Shown here in pieces: positions 28,846-37,674 of a stretch of DNA of 64,000 nucleotides; position 1 is the first letter of the stretch; every line of letters starts with the position of its first letter. The stretch covers positions 100,855-164,854 of the forward strand of contig JAPOFX010000002.1 in NCBI GenBank assembly GCA_028283505.1, written 5' to 3'. The notes under the pieces are model-generated. The model searched no databases. It was not told the origin of the DNA and worked only from the letters and a program-made list of their open reading frames with translations. Source of the stretch: Candidatus Poseidoniales archaeon. Its GTDB lineage: Archaea > Thermoplasmatota > Poseidoniia > Poseidoniales > Thalassarchaeaceae. Position numbers and translations under genes: made by a program.

Positions 28846-29384
28846 TCTTTAGCCTCCATATCAACTAAGTTCGATAGTAATATATCGGAGATATGCTTAA
28901 TTTCGTCGCCTTCTAGGGGTTTTGTAACTGAGTCTCCAGAACTAATTGACTCTGTTATTCTGATGGAATAAAGGTAAATTATCAAAGCAGACAACAATCC
29001 AAGTCCAGATGAAACTGTCTTGCCAATCATATCAATATCAGGACTCCATACAGAGATCATGGTCGATAAAGAGTAGAGTGTCAAAGCCCACCCAATGAGG
29101 AGCTTGAGGAGATTTGACTCATTGTAAATCGGTGCTCCTGATGCAACTGTGTACAGCCCGATTGCCCCCGGGATAGCCCATGAAAGCGTGAGTCTCAGTG
29201 ACTCAGATGCAGCATCTTCGGAAGTCATCAATCCTTCAGCGGGCAAGAGAGCCAACAACAACCCAGCAAAGAAGACCAGGAAACCGAATCTTGATCTGTC
29301 GAAAGCTGGCCCCATTCTGGCCATGGAGTAGCCTGAAATCAGGAGAAATAAGGAAATCCACCACTGGAACCACATCTCAATCAC
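28842..29384 (-). CDS. integral membrane protein (about 5 TM), hypothetical
   Basis: Hydrophobic 180-aa ORF. GTG 29384 or ATG 29375 start. Confidence 0.55.
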   Translation of the reverse strand: MIEMWFQWWISLFLLISGYSMARMGPAFDRSRFGFLVFFAGLLLALLPAEGLMTSEDAASESLRLTLSWAIPGAIGLYTVASGAPIYNESNLLKLLIGWALTLYSLSTMISVWSPDIDMIGKTVSSGLGLLSALIIYLYSIRITESISSGDSVTKPLEGDEIKHISDILLSNLVDMEAKE

Positions 29385-29527
29385 ATTCCCCGGAGGGCAA
29401 AGGGATTATTGTTGATTTTGCAATAGATAGCCCTGACACATTAATTCACAGTGGGGTTTTCTCTCGATAGACTTCATAAACAGGCCATCGGTCGCGTGCG
29501 ACGCTACTAAGCAATGAGGTGCAACCG

Positions 29528-29809
29528 ATGGTTAAGATGCCCAGGAAAGTAAAGAGATACAGTCCTGCTGCTGGCAAACACACCGAGCACACTGTGGAGC
29601 GCGTCAAGAAGAGGCGCGCTAGCGAGTTGAAATGGGGGCAGAGAAGGTTCCGTAAGGTCACTTCTGGGTACAGAGGTTTCCCAAGGCCAAAGCCATCTGG
29701 GGAGAAACCCACCAAGAGGGTTAATCTCGTTTACAGATGTAGCGAAACGGGGAAGGCACATTCCCCCCGAGGAAAGAGAGCTCGAAAATTTGAGCTAGTT
29801 GACAAGTGA
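29528..29809 (+). CDS. rpl44e: 50S ribosomal protein L44e (zinc-finger cysteines mostly lost)
   Basis: MVKMPRKVKRY-SPAA-GKHTEHTV...KPTKRVNLVYRCSETGKAH. GAGGTG lies 6 nt upstream of ATG 29528. Confidence 0.88.
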   Translation: MVKMPRKVKRYSPAAGKHTEHTVERVKKRRASELKWGQRRFRKVTSGYRGFPRPKPSGEKPTKRVNLVYRCSETGKAHSPRGKRARKFELVDK

Positions 29810-29817
29810 GGATTAGG

Positions 29818-29988
29818 ATGTCTGGTAAGTTTCTGAGAGTAAGTTGTCGAGACTGTGGGGCAGAATCGATTGTTTTTGATCGTGCCTCGACCGAGATTTC
29901 ATGCTCGGTTTGCGGTTCTACCCTGGCCATCCCAAAGGGCGGGAAAGCTGAACTCTCTGGAAGTACTGTAGTTGATGTCCTCGAGTAA
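29818..29988 (+). CDS. rps27e: 30S ribosomal protein S27e
   Basis: FLRVSCRDCGAESIVFDRASTEISCSVCGSTLA C4 ribbon. Confidence 0.9.
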   Translation: MSGKFLRVSCRDCGAESIVFDRASTEISCSVCGSTLAIPKGGKAELSGSTVVDVLE

Positions 29989-30790
29989 AGGGGGCTGTAG
30001 ATTGAGTGATACTGAGGAAGAATGGCCAGAGGAGGGCGATCTTCTAATTTGTACTGTCAAAGACATCAAGCAGAACGGTGCCTACCTGAGCTTGGACGGA
30101 TACGATGGAAGAGAGGGGTTCGTGTTCGTGGGGGAAATAGCCGCGGGATGGGTAAGAAATATCAGGGCTCATATAAGAGAGGGCCAGAGGGTTGTAGCCA
30201 AAGTAATACAAGTCAAAAAAGATAGGAAGAGGGTTGAGCTTTCATTGAAAAGCGTCTCCGAGGAGCGTAGGCGAGATACTGTACAGGCTTGGAAGAATGA
30301 AGAACGGGCGAATCAGATCATGAGGGTCGCTGCTGAGAGAGTCGGCTGGGATGATGCCAAGACTGCAGAAATATCTAGTGCAATGACAGAATCATTCGGA
30401 ACTCTGTACGGGGCTCTAGAAGAGTGCGCGATAAGCGATAGTGCGCTAATTGATGCCGGATTTGAGGGAGATTGGACAGGAGTAGTAACATCTCTGGCAA
30501 TGGAGAACATAATACCACCATTCGTTGAAATCAGAGGTGTTTTCGAGATTCAAGTATGGGGGGAAGAAGGCGTCTACGCAATAAGGGACGCATTGCTAGG
30601 TGCGGAGGCATGTGCAGACGGGCTGGAAGAAGTAACGCTGACTTGCCATTATGACGGTGCTCCGAGCTATCGGGTGGACATCAGAGCCCCTGACTATCAG
30701 GTGGCTGAGTCTTTGTGGGAGTCTGCAGTCGAGGCAGTAAAGAAAAGTATGTCCACGGTGAATGGCTCACTATCAATAGACCGCTCTTGA
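29975..30790 (+). CDS. translation initiation factor 2 alpha subunit (aIF2-alpha)
   Basis: S1 domain GDLLICTVKDIKQNGAYLSLDGYDGREGFVFVGEIA...VVAKVIQVKKDRKRVELSLK. The start is uncertain (ATG 29975, or TTG 30002 after a GGGGG run). Confidence 0.87.
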   Translation: MSSSKGGCRLSDTEEEWPEEGDLLICTVKDIKQNGAYLSLDGYDGREGFVFVGEIAAGWVRNIRAHIREGQRVVAKVIQVKKDRKRVELSLKSVSEERRRDTVQAWKNEERANQIMRVAAERVGWDDAKTAEISSAMTESFGTLYGALEECAISDSALIDAGFEGDWTGVVTSLAMENIIPPFVEIRGVFEIQVWGEEGVYAIRDALLGAEACADGLEEVTLTCHYDGAPSYRVDIRAPDYQVAESLWESAVEAVKKSMSTVNGSLSIDRS

Positions 30791-30849
30791 AGGCGCGAAC
30801 CTTACGGATGGTTCATTGACTAGTAGACTCCGCTAGCCCCTTGATAGAC

Positions 30850-31062
30850 ATGGTGAGAAGCAAACTACAGTATTGCAAGTCCTGCGATTTGTACAGCCTC
30901 GGCCCTGATTGTGATGTTTGTGGAAAGGTGATGGTCACATCGGCTCCACTAAAGTATTCTCCCGAGGACCCTCAGGGAAAAAGAAGGAGAGAGAGGGAGG
31001 ATGCTGGGAGTGACGAATGGGTGGAGTCGCTCCCTTCGCCAAATGAGGAGGCGGAAAGGTGA
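30850..31062 (+). CDS. nop10: H/ACA RNP protein Nop10
   Basis: MVRSKLQYCKSCDLYSLGPDCDVCGKVMVTSAPLKYSPEDP. Confidence 0.88.
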   Translation: MVRSKLQYCKSCDLYSLGPDCDVCGKVMVTSAPLKYSPEDPQGKRRREREDAGSDEWVESLPSPNEEAER

Positions 31063-31823
31063 ATAGGAGCAGGGTCCATTGGCTCGTTGGGGATGGCCTA
31101 CCTGAACATTCGGCGGTCCTGGAAGCCGTCCCTGGGGTCGGTAACGTTGGGAAGATACTAGTTGATTCCTTAGTTGAAAAACATCCCTCAAGAACTCTCG
31201 GTTGGATATTAAATCATGATTTTCCCCCTCACTCTACATTCGACTCTAGTGGTCTCATGAGACCTCCAAGATTGGAAATAAAATCTGTGATTCTGCCGGA
31301 TGGGCAAACTGTGATAGTAATTGGTGGGGAGATGCAGCCGATGACGTCTGCCGGGCAGAATGAAGTTGCGGAAGAGATTCTTACGATTTGTTCGGAATCA
31401 TCGACACCTATGCTACTTGTATTGGCGGGATTGGCCTCAGGAGCTGAAGACAAGGGGATACATGTCATCTGTGCTGACGAAGATGTCAGGAGGGACCTAG
31501 TGGCCAACGACATTCCTGTTAGCAAAGAAAGGCCAGAGGCTGGAATGATAGGAGTGGCTGGACTGATTGTTTCAATGTCCCCGCTTTTCGGAGTAAACAC
31601 ATTTGCATTGGTGGCAGAAACCGTTGGGTCCACCACGGATGTTCTAGCTGCGAGCAGATTAGCAAATTGGATTGAAAATGGTTTGGATTTGCCACTTGAC
31701 TTGGACATAGACTCCACAGAAGAAATAGCGAGGAAACTTATGGAGGGATACGAGGGGTCTATTTCTCTTGAGGAGGCGATGGGATTAGAAGAGGCCTCTC
31801 AGACAAGCGATTTCTACGTCTAG
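31059..31823 (+). CDS. PAC2-family proteasome assembly chaperone-like protein
   Basis: GVGNVGKILVDSLVE motif. GTG start overlaps the nop10 stop. The nop10-PAC2 adjacency is typical of archaea. Confidence 0.72.
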   Translation: MNRSRVHWLVGDGLPEHSAVLEAVPGVGNVGKILVDSLVEKHPSRTLGWILNHDFPPHSTFDSSGLMRPPRLEIKSVILPDGQTVIVIGGEMQPMTSAGQNEVAEEILTICSESSTPMLLVLAGLASGAEDKGIHVICADEDVRRDLVANDIPVSKERPEAGMIGVAGLIVSMSPLFGVNTFALVAETVGSTTDVLAASRLANWIENGLDLPLDLDIDSTEEIARKLMEGYEGSISLEEAMGLEEASQTSDFYV

Positions 31824-32558
31824 GTGATCATTGTGAGTTTGCTTCTAGGTAGTGGGGGAGTGGGTACAGAGGGAAGGCGATTGACATATAGGAATTTGAT
31901 GACTGAAAACTTCTCGGGGTGTGAAAGAGTTGCATTCATTCCCTATGCATCCACCGATCATGATGCCTATACCAAAAGAATGCGGGATTTCGCAGGAGGA
32001 GAAATAGACCTGATTGGAATCCATCAATTTGACGATCCGGCATCAGAATTGAAACATTTTGATGGATTGTATGTTGGCGGAGGGAACACTTGGCTTCTTG
32101 TTAAGGAGTTGCATGAGCGTGGGCTAATGGATCCGATAAGGAAGTCAGTTATGACTGAGGGAAAGCCATATGCGGGTGTGAGTGCGGGAGCCAATGTAGC
32201 TTGTCCAACAATGCAGACGACAAATGACATGCCAATCACTATGGTCCCGTCTTTCGAGACTCTGGGACTAGTTCCATTCCAAATTAATCCTCACTACTAT
32301 CCAGGTGGAATATGGTTCAGAGAATCAGAAGAGGGGGATTTTTCAAAGCACTTTGGGGAGTCTAGGGCCAGGAGAATCAGTGAGTTCCATGAGATGAATG
32401 AATACCCGGTCATAGGGCTGTATGAGGGTTCGTACCTAATGAGTGAGAACGATTGTTACAGACTAATTGGGAATAAGGCTGCTCTGATTAGAAAGGGGCA
32501 TGATTTGACCACTGTGGAGGCAGGAACGATTCTGACAGAGAAACTAACCCCCACTTGA
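31824..32558 (+). CDS. pepE: dipeptidase E / peptidase S51 family
   Basis: N-terminus aligns with E. coli PepE (LLLGSGG...RVAFIPYAS); YVGGGNTWLL; nucleophile region YAGVSAGANV. Confidence 0.8.
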   Translation: MIIVSLLLGSGGVGTEGRRLTYRNLMTENFSGCERVAFIPYASTDHDAYTKRMRDFAGGEIDLIGIHQFDDPASELKHFDGLYVGGGNTWLLVKELHERGLMDPIRKSVMTEGKPYAGVSAGANVACPTMQTTNDMPITMVPSFETLGLVPFQINPHYYPGGIWFRESEEGDFSKHFGESRARRISEFHEMNEYPVIGLYEGSYLMSENDCYRLIGNKAALIRKGHDLTTVEAGTILTEKLTPT

Positions 32559-32744
32559 AACTATGACCAGTTCAATACTCACATCGTCACTAATGATAGA
32601 CGTATGCGGTATGATTGTGTCTCCAATGACTGCGAGAACTGTGGAGTGGGCTATTCCTAGGTTGTCCAGTACTGATCCAACGGAAATTGGCGTATCCGAA
32701 TCAACAGAATATATCTCATCGCCACTCCTTATCTCGATCTTCAT
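32544..32744 (-). CDS. ThiS/MoaD-like beta-grasp ubiquitin-like protein, 66 aa, C-terminal GG
   Basis: MKIEIRSGDEIYSVDSDTPISVGSVLDNLGIAHSTVLAVIGDTIIPHTSIISDDVSIELVIVSSGG-stop. ATG at 32744. The longer 114-aa track ORF runs through tRNA-Ser and is rejected. Confidence 0.68.
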   Translation of the reverse strand: MKIEIRSGDEIYSVDSDTPISVGSVLDNLGIAHSTVLAVIGDTIIPHTSIISDDVSIELVIVSSGG

Positions 32745-32798
32745 GGACCTAACGAAGCCAGTCACCCTTATTTCTGATTCGCTGGTGGCGGGCACGCT

Positions 32799-32884
32799 GC
32801 CGAGATCGCATAGCCCGGTATTGCGGTGGATTCGAAATCCACTGTCCATTGGACGCGGGGGTTCAAATCCCTCTCTCGGCGCCA
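32799..32884 (+). tRNA. tRNA-Ser (anticodon CGA), class II with long variable arm, CCA encoded
   Basis: Acceptor GCCGAGA/TCTCGGC, anticodon stem GTGGA/TCCAC with loop TTCGAAA, variable arm GTCC-ATT-GGAC, T arm GGGGG-TTCAAAT-CCCTC, discriminator G, CCA. Confidence 0.88.
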
Positions 32885-34729
32885 TCAAAATTCGGGAACA
32901 TCCTCGGACGTTCTGACTGAAACCACCCTTGTGTTAGGGCCGATTTTGACTTGTGGGACACCATTGAATTCACCTACCTCCCCATTCAGTATTGCTATTT
33001 CATCCCCTCTAGAGAGGCCTGCAGCCAGGACAGGAATGAACTGCTTGAATGCGATAACTCCAGCGGCGCCAGAGCTGTCCAGTATAGTAATCGACCAACG
33101 TGATATTCCTTGACCGTCAGGGAAGGCGTTGACTGACCAAATTCTACCGATCACATTTATTCTAGTCTCGATCTCCACTATTGGATGGGTTTCCTCATCT
33201 CCGGCTATGATGATAGATGACTGATCGTCAACATCTAGGACTACCTCTCCCCTCCAAACAGAGGGGATTGCCCCTCCAACCTTGACTCTTGTACTGTTGG
33301 AAATGGATCTCGTAACATTGGTTGGAGACCCGTATCTGCTCGTTCTAACTTTGGCTCGATCATAGCCGTCCTGAAGCCTGAATGATAACTCGACCCCTCC
33401 CTTTTCTTCTAGAGAGGGGCCCTTGAGATTGGAAACAACTCCGATGGCATCCACTCGGGTCTTGATATCCGAAATCAACGTGATCGGCCAAGAGTGGCCG
33501 AATCTTTCTATACTAGTATAGGAAGGAAGGTCTAGTTCGTGACTCCCATTCTCACATACTCCCCTCAGATCGCAATTTCTGCATCTCGCCATTGGCTCTG
33601 AGTCAACTGGGGGGTTAGCCGGAATTCCACCCGATTCAAAGTACCTTAGGGGAGATGGGGTTGTCGGACAGTCCACTATGGACGGTCTTGAAGCGTGAAC
33701 CTTGGAATAAACTTCTTTGAGTTCCTCAGAGTATTCCTCCAGCTCTTTGAGAGTAGGTTTTTCCACTTCCTTGACTGTACCAGTCCCTAGGTACCAGATT
33801 CCAAGATACTCTAGTTCCTCCACCCTGCCATGAGTCTCCCACCATAGCCATGCATAGAGCCGAAGTTGCTCAATGTATCCTCCGGACCTGTCTCCCTTGC
33901 CCTGTGATGCCTTGATGTCGATAACCGATGGTCTTCCTGTCCATCTGTAAACTAGGTCATATTCTCCCTGGAACCATCCTTCTGGGTGAGAAGTTGTTTG
34001 GGTAAACGAGTCCGCGTCGGGGTCCACGAACCAGGGTCGAGCTATCTCCCATGACTCGGCCCATGTTACATTACTACCGACGGGCCTAGCACAGGGATGA
34101 GGTTGTGTCCAGAGCAAGGGGAATCCATCGGGAGCAGGCCACTCGGGGCGATTTTTCCCCTTTCTCCAAGATTCCAACATTCCACTGCTCAGATTATTCA
34201 GGCAGGATTCTACTTGATCGATGTGCATTTTTATACCGTTCTCTACCATCTTTCGGCATTCGGTTATATCTGCCTGATCTGATTCTCCCGATCTATTTGT
34301 TAGAGACTCCCACTCCCTTACTGCATCATTCCAGCATTTATCGAAGTGGGCATCAACCCTCGCCATTGCCCACTCCTCGAGTGACGTTCGGTCTTTGGGC
34401 CATTCTGATTCATTAATGGCCTGAATGGAAGGCGATGGCCACAATTCATCATACTCATAAGCTGGCTTACCGTCATCCAAGATTGGAGACTTCAGGATAT
34501 CACCTGCATCCTTAGGAACTAATGAGGGGGAGTCTCTCATAACTCTTGATATGCAAGACTCAGCCGCATTGCCCCTAATTATCTGCGGAGGCAATGGCCC
34601 TCTCAGCTTGAGTATATTGTTGTAATACCAGAGTCTGGGGCATGCATTCCATGTTACCATCTGTGATGCAGAGAGCCTCCTGTAAGGATCAGCAATGTTT
34701 GCATCCGGATCGGCTACACTAACTGGCAC
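32885..34729 (-). CDS. Cas4/AddB-like PD-(D/E)XK nuclease with 4-Cys Fe-S cluster motif, fused to two C-terminal RPA-like OB folds
   Basis: C30 (WNACPRLWYY), D258 (GEYDLVY), D271-x-K273 (VIDIKAS), QLRLY, C383-x2-C386-x5-C392. aa ~420-605 show two OB-like segments (e.g. NVIGRIWSV...WSITILDSSGAAGVIAF...GDEIAILNGEVGEFNGVPQV). GTG start. Confidence 0.75.
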   Translation of the reverse strand: MPVSVADPDANIADPYRRLSASQMVTWNACPRLWYYNNILKLRGPLPPQIIRGNAAESCISRVMRDSPSLVPKDAGDILKSPILDDGKPAYEYDELWPSPSIQAINESEWPKDRTSLEEWAMARVDAHFDKCWNDAVREWESLTNRSGESDQADITECRKMVENGIKMHIDQVESCLNNLSSGMLESWRKGKNRPEWPAPDGFPLLWTQPHPCARPVGSNVTWAESWEIARPWFVDPDADSFTQTTSHPEGWFQGEYDLVYRWTGRPSVIDIKASQGKGDRSGGYIEQLRLYAWLWWETHGRVEELEYLGIWYLGTGTVKEVEKPTLKELEEYSEELKEVYSKVHASRPSIVDCPTTPSPLRYFESGGIPANPPVDSEPMARCRNCDLRGVCENGSHELDLPSYTSIERFGHSWPITLISDIKTRVDAIGVVSNLKGPSLEEKGGVELSFRLQDGYDRAKVRTSRYGSPTNVTRSISNSTRVKVGGAIPSVWRGEVVLDVDDQSSIIIAGDEETHPIVEIETRINVIGRIWSVNAFPDGQGISRWSITILDSSGAAGVIAFKQFIPVLAAGLSRGDEIAILNGEVGEFNGVPQVKIGPNTRVVSVRTSEDVPEF

Positions 34730-34775
34730 ATTCGTTCACACTGGTCAGAGACGTATCAACCCAACGTGGCTTAAA

Positions 34776-35930
34776 TCAAATTCTATGATTATTGAGCCAT
34801 ATGAGCATGACTTCGGTCCTGTCGAAAGTGGGAGTCACCTCTACGATGGCTACTGGGGCTGAAACTTCTCCCGCTATCTGCTCAGCAACCGCTATTGGAA
34901 CCTCTATTCGAGAATTCTCCTCATCGTAGAACATGAACCTTCTGGGAAGGCCTGTGAAATCTGATATTTCTCTTATCCAAGACTCATGGAGATCCTGCTC
35001 TGAGTAGACCACTCCGAACAGCAATGTGGCATCATCGCTGAGGGTTTCATGAGGTGAAATGGTTGCCTCCCCCCGACGCATGAATCTCCTCCTCATCTGC
35101 CCAGCATCCTTGTAGGAGGAGGTGCAGTATTTCAGATGAAATCCGTATGGCTCCCTCTTCAGGCCATCAATTGGGTCTGGAGCGCCTATGGAGGCAGCCA
35201 TTACTCTGTCTCTAATCGACTGAGCTAGCTTGGAAGAACCCTCTGCCCCAGCAGTGATCTCCGTAGACAAATTAAATCCCCTAAGCTCCATATTTTCATG
35301 GTTTCCGACAGTAATCTCCAGCTCATTCAGATTCATGAAGCTGACATCAAAGTCCCTCATATCTTCAATGATCTGTAATAGCTCCCTTTCCTTATCAGGC
35401 TCACATGGGAGCTCTACCCCAGTGAATATTCCAGCATCAGAGCATGCCTCAATTACCTCCTTATATTCCTGGCTGGAAAGATCCAGAAAGTGAAATCTTA
35501 TCTCATCAAGTCCGGCATCTGCAAACTCACTGGCCCACTGAGCTTTGAATGGGATGCTTGTGTACATGTGGATGTGGAAATCGTCGCCGAATTCTCGCTT
35601 TAGCCTCCTAATTCCCTCTAAACTCCTCTCTCTGGCCATCAATGGATCTCCACCGGTTATACCAGCTCCCGTAGCCCTCATCGCCCTAGCTTCCTCAATT
35701 ACTTCATCAAAATCGTTGCATGGCCTCTCATTGGCATACATGAAATCGATATCCCGTCTGGTTTCAGAAAGTGGGCAATAGTCGCACCTCCAATGGCAGT
35801 TTCCAGTAATGAAAAGAACCAGCTTGCTACCCATCTGACATTGTATGCACCCTTCGCAATCCAGAGAGTTTGGGGACTCCTCGATATCGATGAATTGAGG
35901 GAACTCAGACACACTACTCACCGCACACAC
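34776..35930 (-). CDS. radical SAM protein (PflA-related, uncharacterised archaeal family)
   Basis: CHWRCDYCP (CxxxCxxC) after an N-terminal CxxCxxC. The start is uncertain (GTG 35930, 35921 or 35912) and overlaps or abuts the pdxT stop. Confidence 0.85.
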   Translation of the reverse strand: MCAVSSVSEFPQFIDIEESPNSLDCEGCIQCQMGSKLVLFITGNCHWRCDYCPLSETRRDIDFMYANERPCNDFDEVIEEARAMRATGAGITGGDPLMARERSLEGIRRLKREFGDDFHIHMYTSIPFKAQWASEFADAGLDEIRFHFLDLSSQEYKEVIEACSDAGIFTGVELPCEPDKERELLQIIEDMRDFDVSFMNLNELEITVGNHENMELRGFNLSTEITAGAEGSSKLAQSIRDRVMAASIGAPDPIDGLKREPYGFHLKYCTSSYKDAGQMRRRFMRRGEATISPHETLSDDATLLFGVVYSEQDLHESWIREISDFTGLPRRFMFYDEENSRIEVPIAVAEQIAGEVSAPVAIVEVTPTFDRTEVMLIWLNNHRI

Positions 35931-36504
35931 TCTCTAGGAGCCACCTGTGGAACCCCTTATCACTTGACAACTCAGGGTGGAAAGTCAGTGCTATTACTCT
36001 GCCGTTCTTCACTCCTACTATTTCCTTCCCCATCGTCGCACATACCTCGTTTTCCGAAGAAATGAATTTCGGGGCCCTGATGAAAATTCCCGGGAACTCC
36101 CGGCCCAAAAGTGAGGATCTCACGGTTGCTTGAAACGATTCATACTGGGGGCCATATGCGTTCCTGTCTATCTGTGCCTCGACAAGAGGAGGATTTCCAT
36201 CCTGTGGGTCTGCCAGAAGTATGGCTCCTGCGCAGGTTCCCAAGACTGGCTTTGACGGGTTATCCCTAATCCAATCAAACATTCCGGGGATTAGCATAGA
36301 AGATTTATCCTGTCCTGTTTTTCTCATTGTGGTGGACTCTCCTCCCGGTATTACTATGGCATCGGGATCGGTTGATGTGAGTTCGCTCAGCTTCCTTATC
36401 TCGATTATTTCTATTTCCAAGCCCAAATCTCTGGACGCCTCGTTCAATGATGATATGTGGTCATGTCTGGCCCCCTGTAACATCACCAGGCCGACGCTAA
36501 TCAT
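35914..36504 (-). CDS. pdxT: pyridoxal 5'-phosphate synthase glutaminase subunit
   Basis: Aligns along its length with B. subtilis PdxT: VGLVMLQGA, IPGGESTTM, GTCAG, RNAYGPQ, FIRAP, FHPEL. I prefer ATG 36504. Confidence 0.88.
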   Translation of the reverse strand: MISVGLVMLQGARHDHISSLNEASRDLGLEIEIIEIRKLSELTSTDPDAIVIPGGESTTMRKTGQDKSSMLIPGMFDWIRDNPSKPVLGTCAGAILLADPQDGNPPLVEAQIDRNAYGPQYESFQATVRSSLLGREFPGIFIRAPKFISSENEVCATMGKEIVGVKNGRVIALTFHPELSSDKGFHRWLLESVCGE

Positions 36505-36582
36505 GTAACGCCGTCCGGACTTCCAGAGAAGAACCCTGCCTTTGAGACGATGAGCTGAAAGACTGGATATCGTGCGTGAGCC

Positions 36583-37674
36583 ATGAGCGGAGATGGGCGC
36601 GTGCACAATTTTGGTGCTGGGCCTGCGGTGTTACCTCTGGATGTGGTGAATGATGTGGCCTCCTCTCTACCCAATCTGAATAATAGCGGATTCGGACTAC
36701 TGGAAGTTTCCCATAGGAGCTCATTCTTTCAAGAGGTCATAGACTCGGCAATGAGTAGAGTCAGGAGGATTCTGTCCGTACCCGAAGACTACCACATTCT
36801 ATTCCTTCAGGGAGGGGCTTCGACCCAGTTCTACATGACAGCCCTGAATCTCCTTGGGGATGGTGACAAGGCCGACTTCCTAGTTACAGGAGGGTGGTCT
36901 CAGAAGGCCCTCAAGGAAGCATGCAGGATAGGCGACTGTGTGGCATCATGGGATGACTCTGAGAGAGGGTTCAAATCCGTGCCCATGGATGGGGATTTTG
37001 AAATCAGAGAGGATGCTGAATACGTTCACTACACCTCCAACAACACGCTATTTGGAACCCAGTACCACAAGACCCCAGAGGTAGGAAAAAAGCACCTAGT
37101 GGTTGACGCAAGCTCGGATATTTGCGGCGTTCCGATAGACGTTTCTGCCCATGATGTGATCTATGCCGGAGCCCAAAAGAATCTGGGCCCCAGTGGAGTG
37201 ACACTGGTCATCCTCTCCCCCTGGGCCGTTTCGAGAATAGGAGATGGGCTTCCCACGATGCTTGACTACAGGACCCACATCTCCAAGGGGTCCATGTTCA
37301 ACACGCCGAACACATTTGGGATTTTCGTCTTGGACAGGGTCCTTTCTTGGGTAGAGGAAAACGGTGGACTACAAGGGGCTATCGATAGAAACAGGGCCAA
37401 GTCCGCATTGCTCTACGAGGAGCTGGACAGGACTCCCTTCTGGATTCCTCATGCCGAGGTCGAGTCGCGTTCTGTGATGAATGTCACATGGAGAATGAGG
37501 GATGAGGAGTTAGAGCGTGTTTTTCTCGAAGAGGCGAACAAGGCGGGCCTCGGTGGCCTGAAGGGGCACAGAAGCGTCGGAGGGATCAGGGCCAGCCTGT
37601 ACAATGGCTGCCCCATTGATAGCGTTGAGGCTTTAGTTGACTTCATGAGGAGATTTGAGTCGATTCATGGGTAG
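36583..37674 (+). CDS. serC: phosphoserine aminotransferase
   Basis: NFGAGPAVLP, FLQGGASTQF, AGAQKNLGPSG (PLP Lys), GGIRASLYN. Confidence 0.9.
   Translation: MSGDGRVHNFGAGPAVLPLDVVNDVASSLPNLNNSGFGLLEVSHRSSFFQEVIDSAMSRVRRILSVPEDYHILFLQGGASTQFYMTALNLLGDGDKADFLVTGGWSQKALKEACRIGDCVASWDDSERGFKSVPMDGDFEIREDAEYVHYTSNNTLFGTQYHKTPEVGKKHLVVDASSDICGVPIDVSAHDVIYAGAQKNLGPSGVTLVILSPWAVSRIGDGLPTMLDYRTHISKGSMFNTPNTFGIFVLDRVLSWVEENGGLQGAIDRNRAKSALLYEELDRTPFWIPHAEVESRSVMNVTWRMRDEELERVFLEEANKAGLGGLKGHRSVGGIRASLYNGCPIDSVEALVDFMRRFESIHG

Noticed and set aside
29385-29527. Possible C/D-box or other small RNA in the spacer upstream of the L44e-S27e-aIF2alpha-Nop10 operon, and in spacers 8773-8896 and 62316-62416
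   Set aside because: Only isolated CTGA/TGAT-like tetramers are present, without the paired C/D and C'/D' box arrangement or terminal stem. These are more simply promoter/leader regions.
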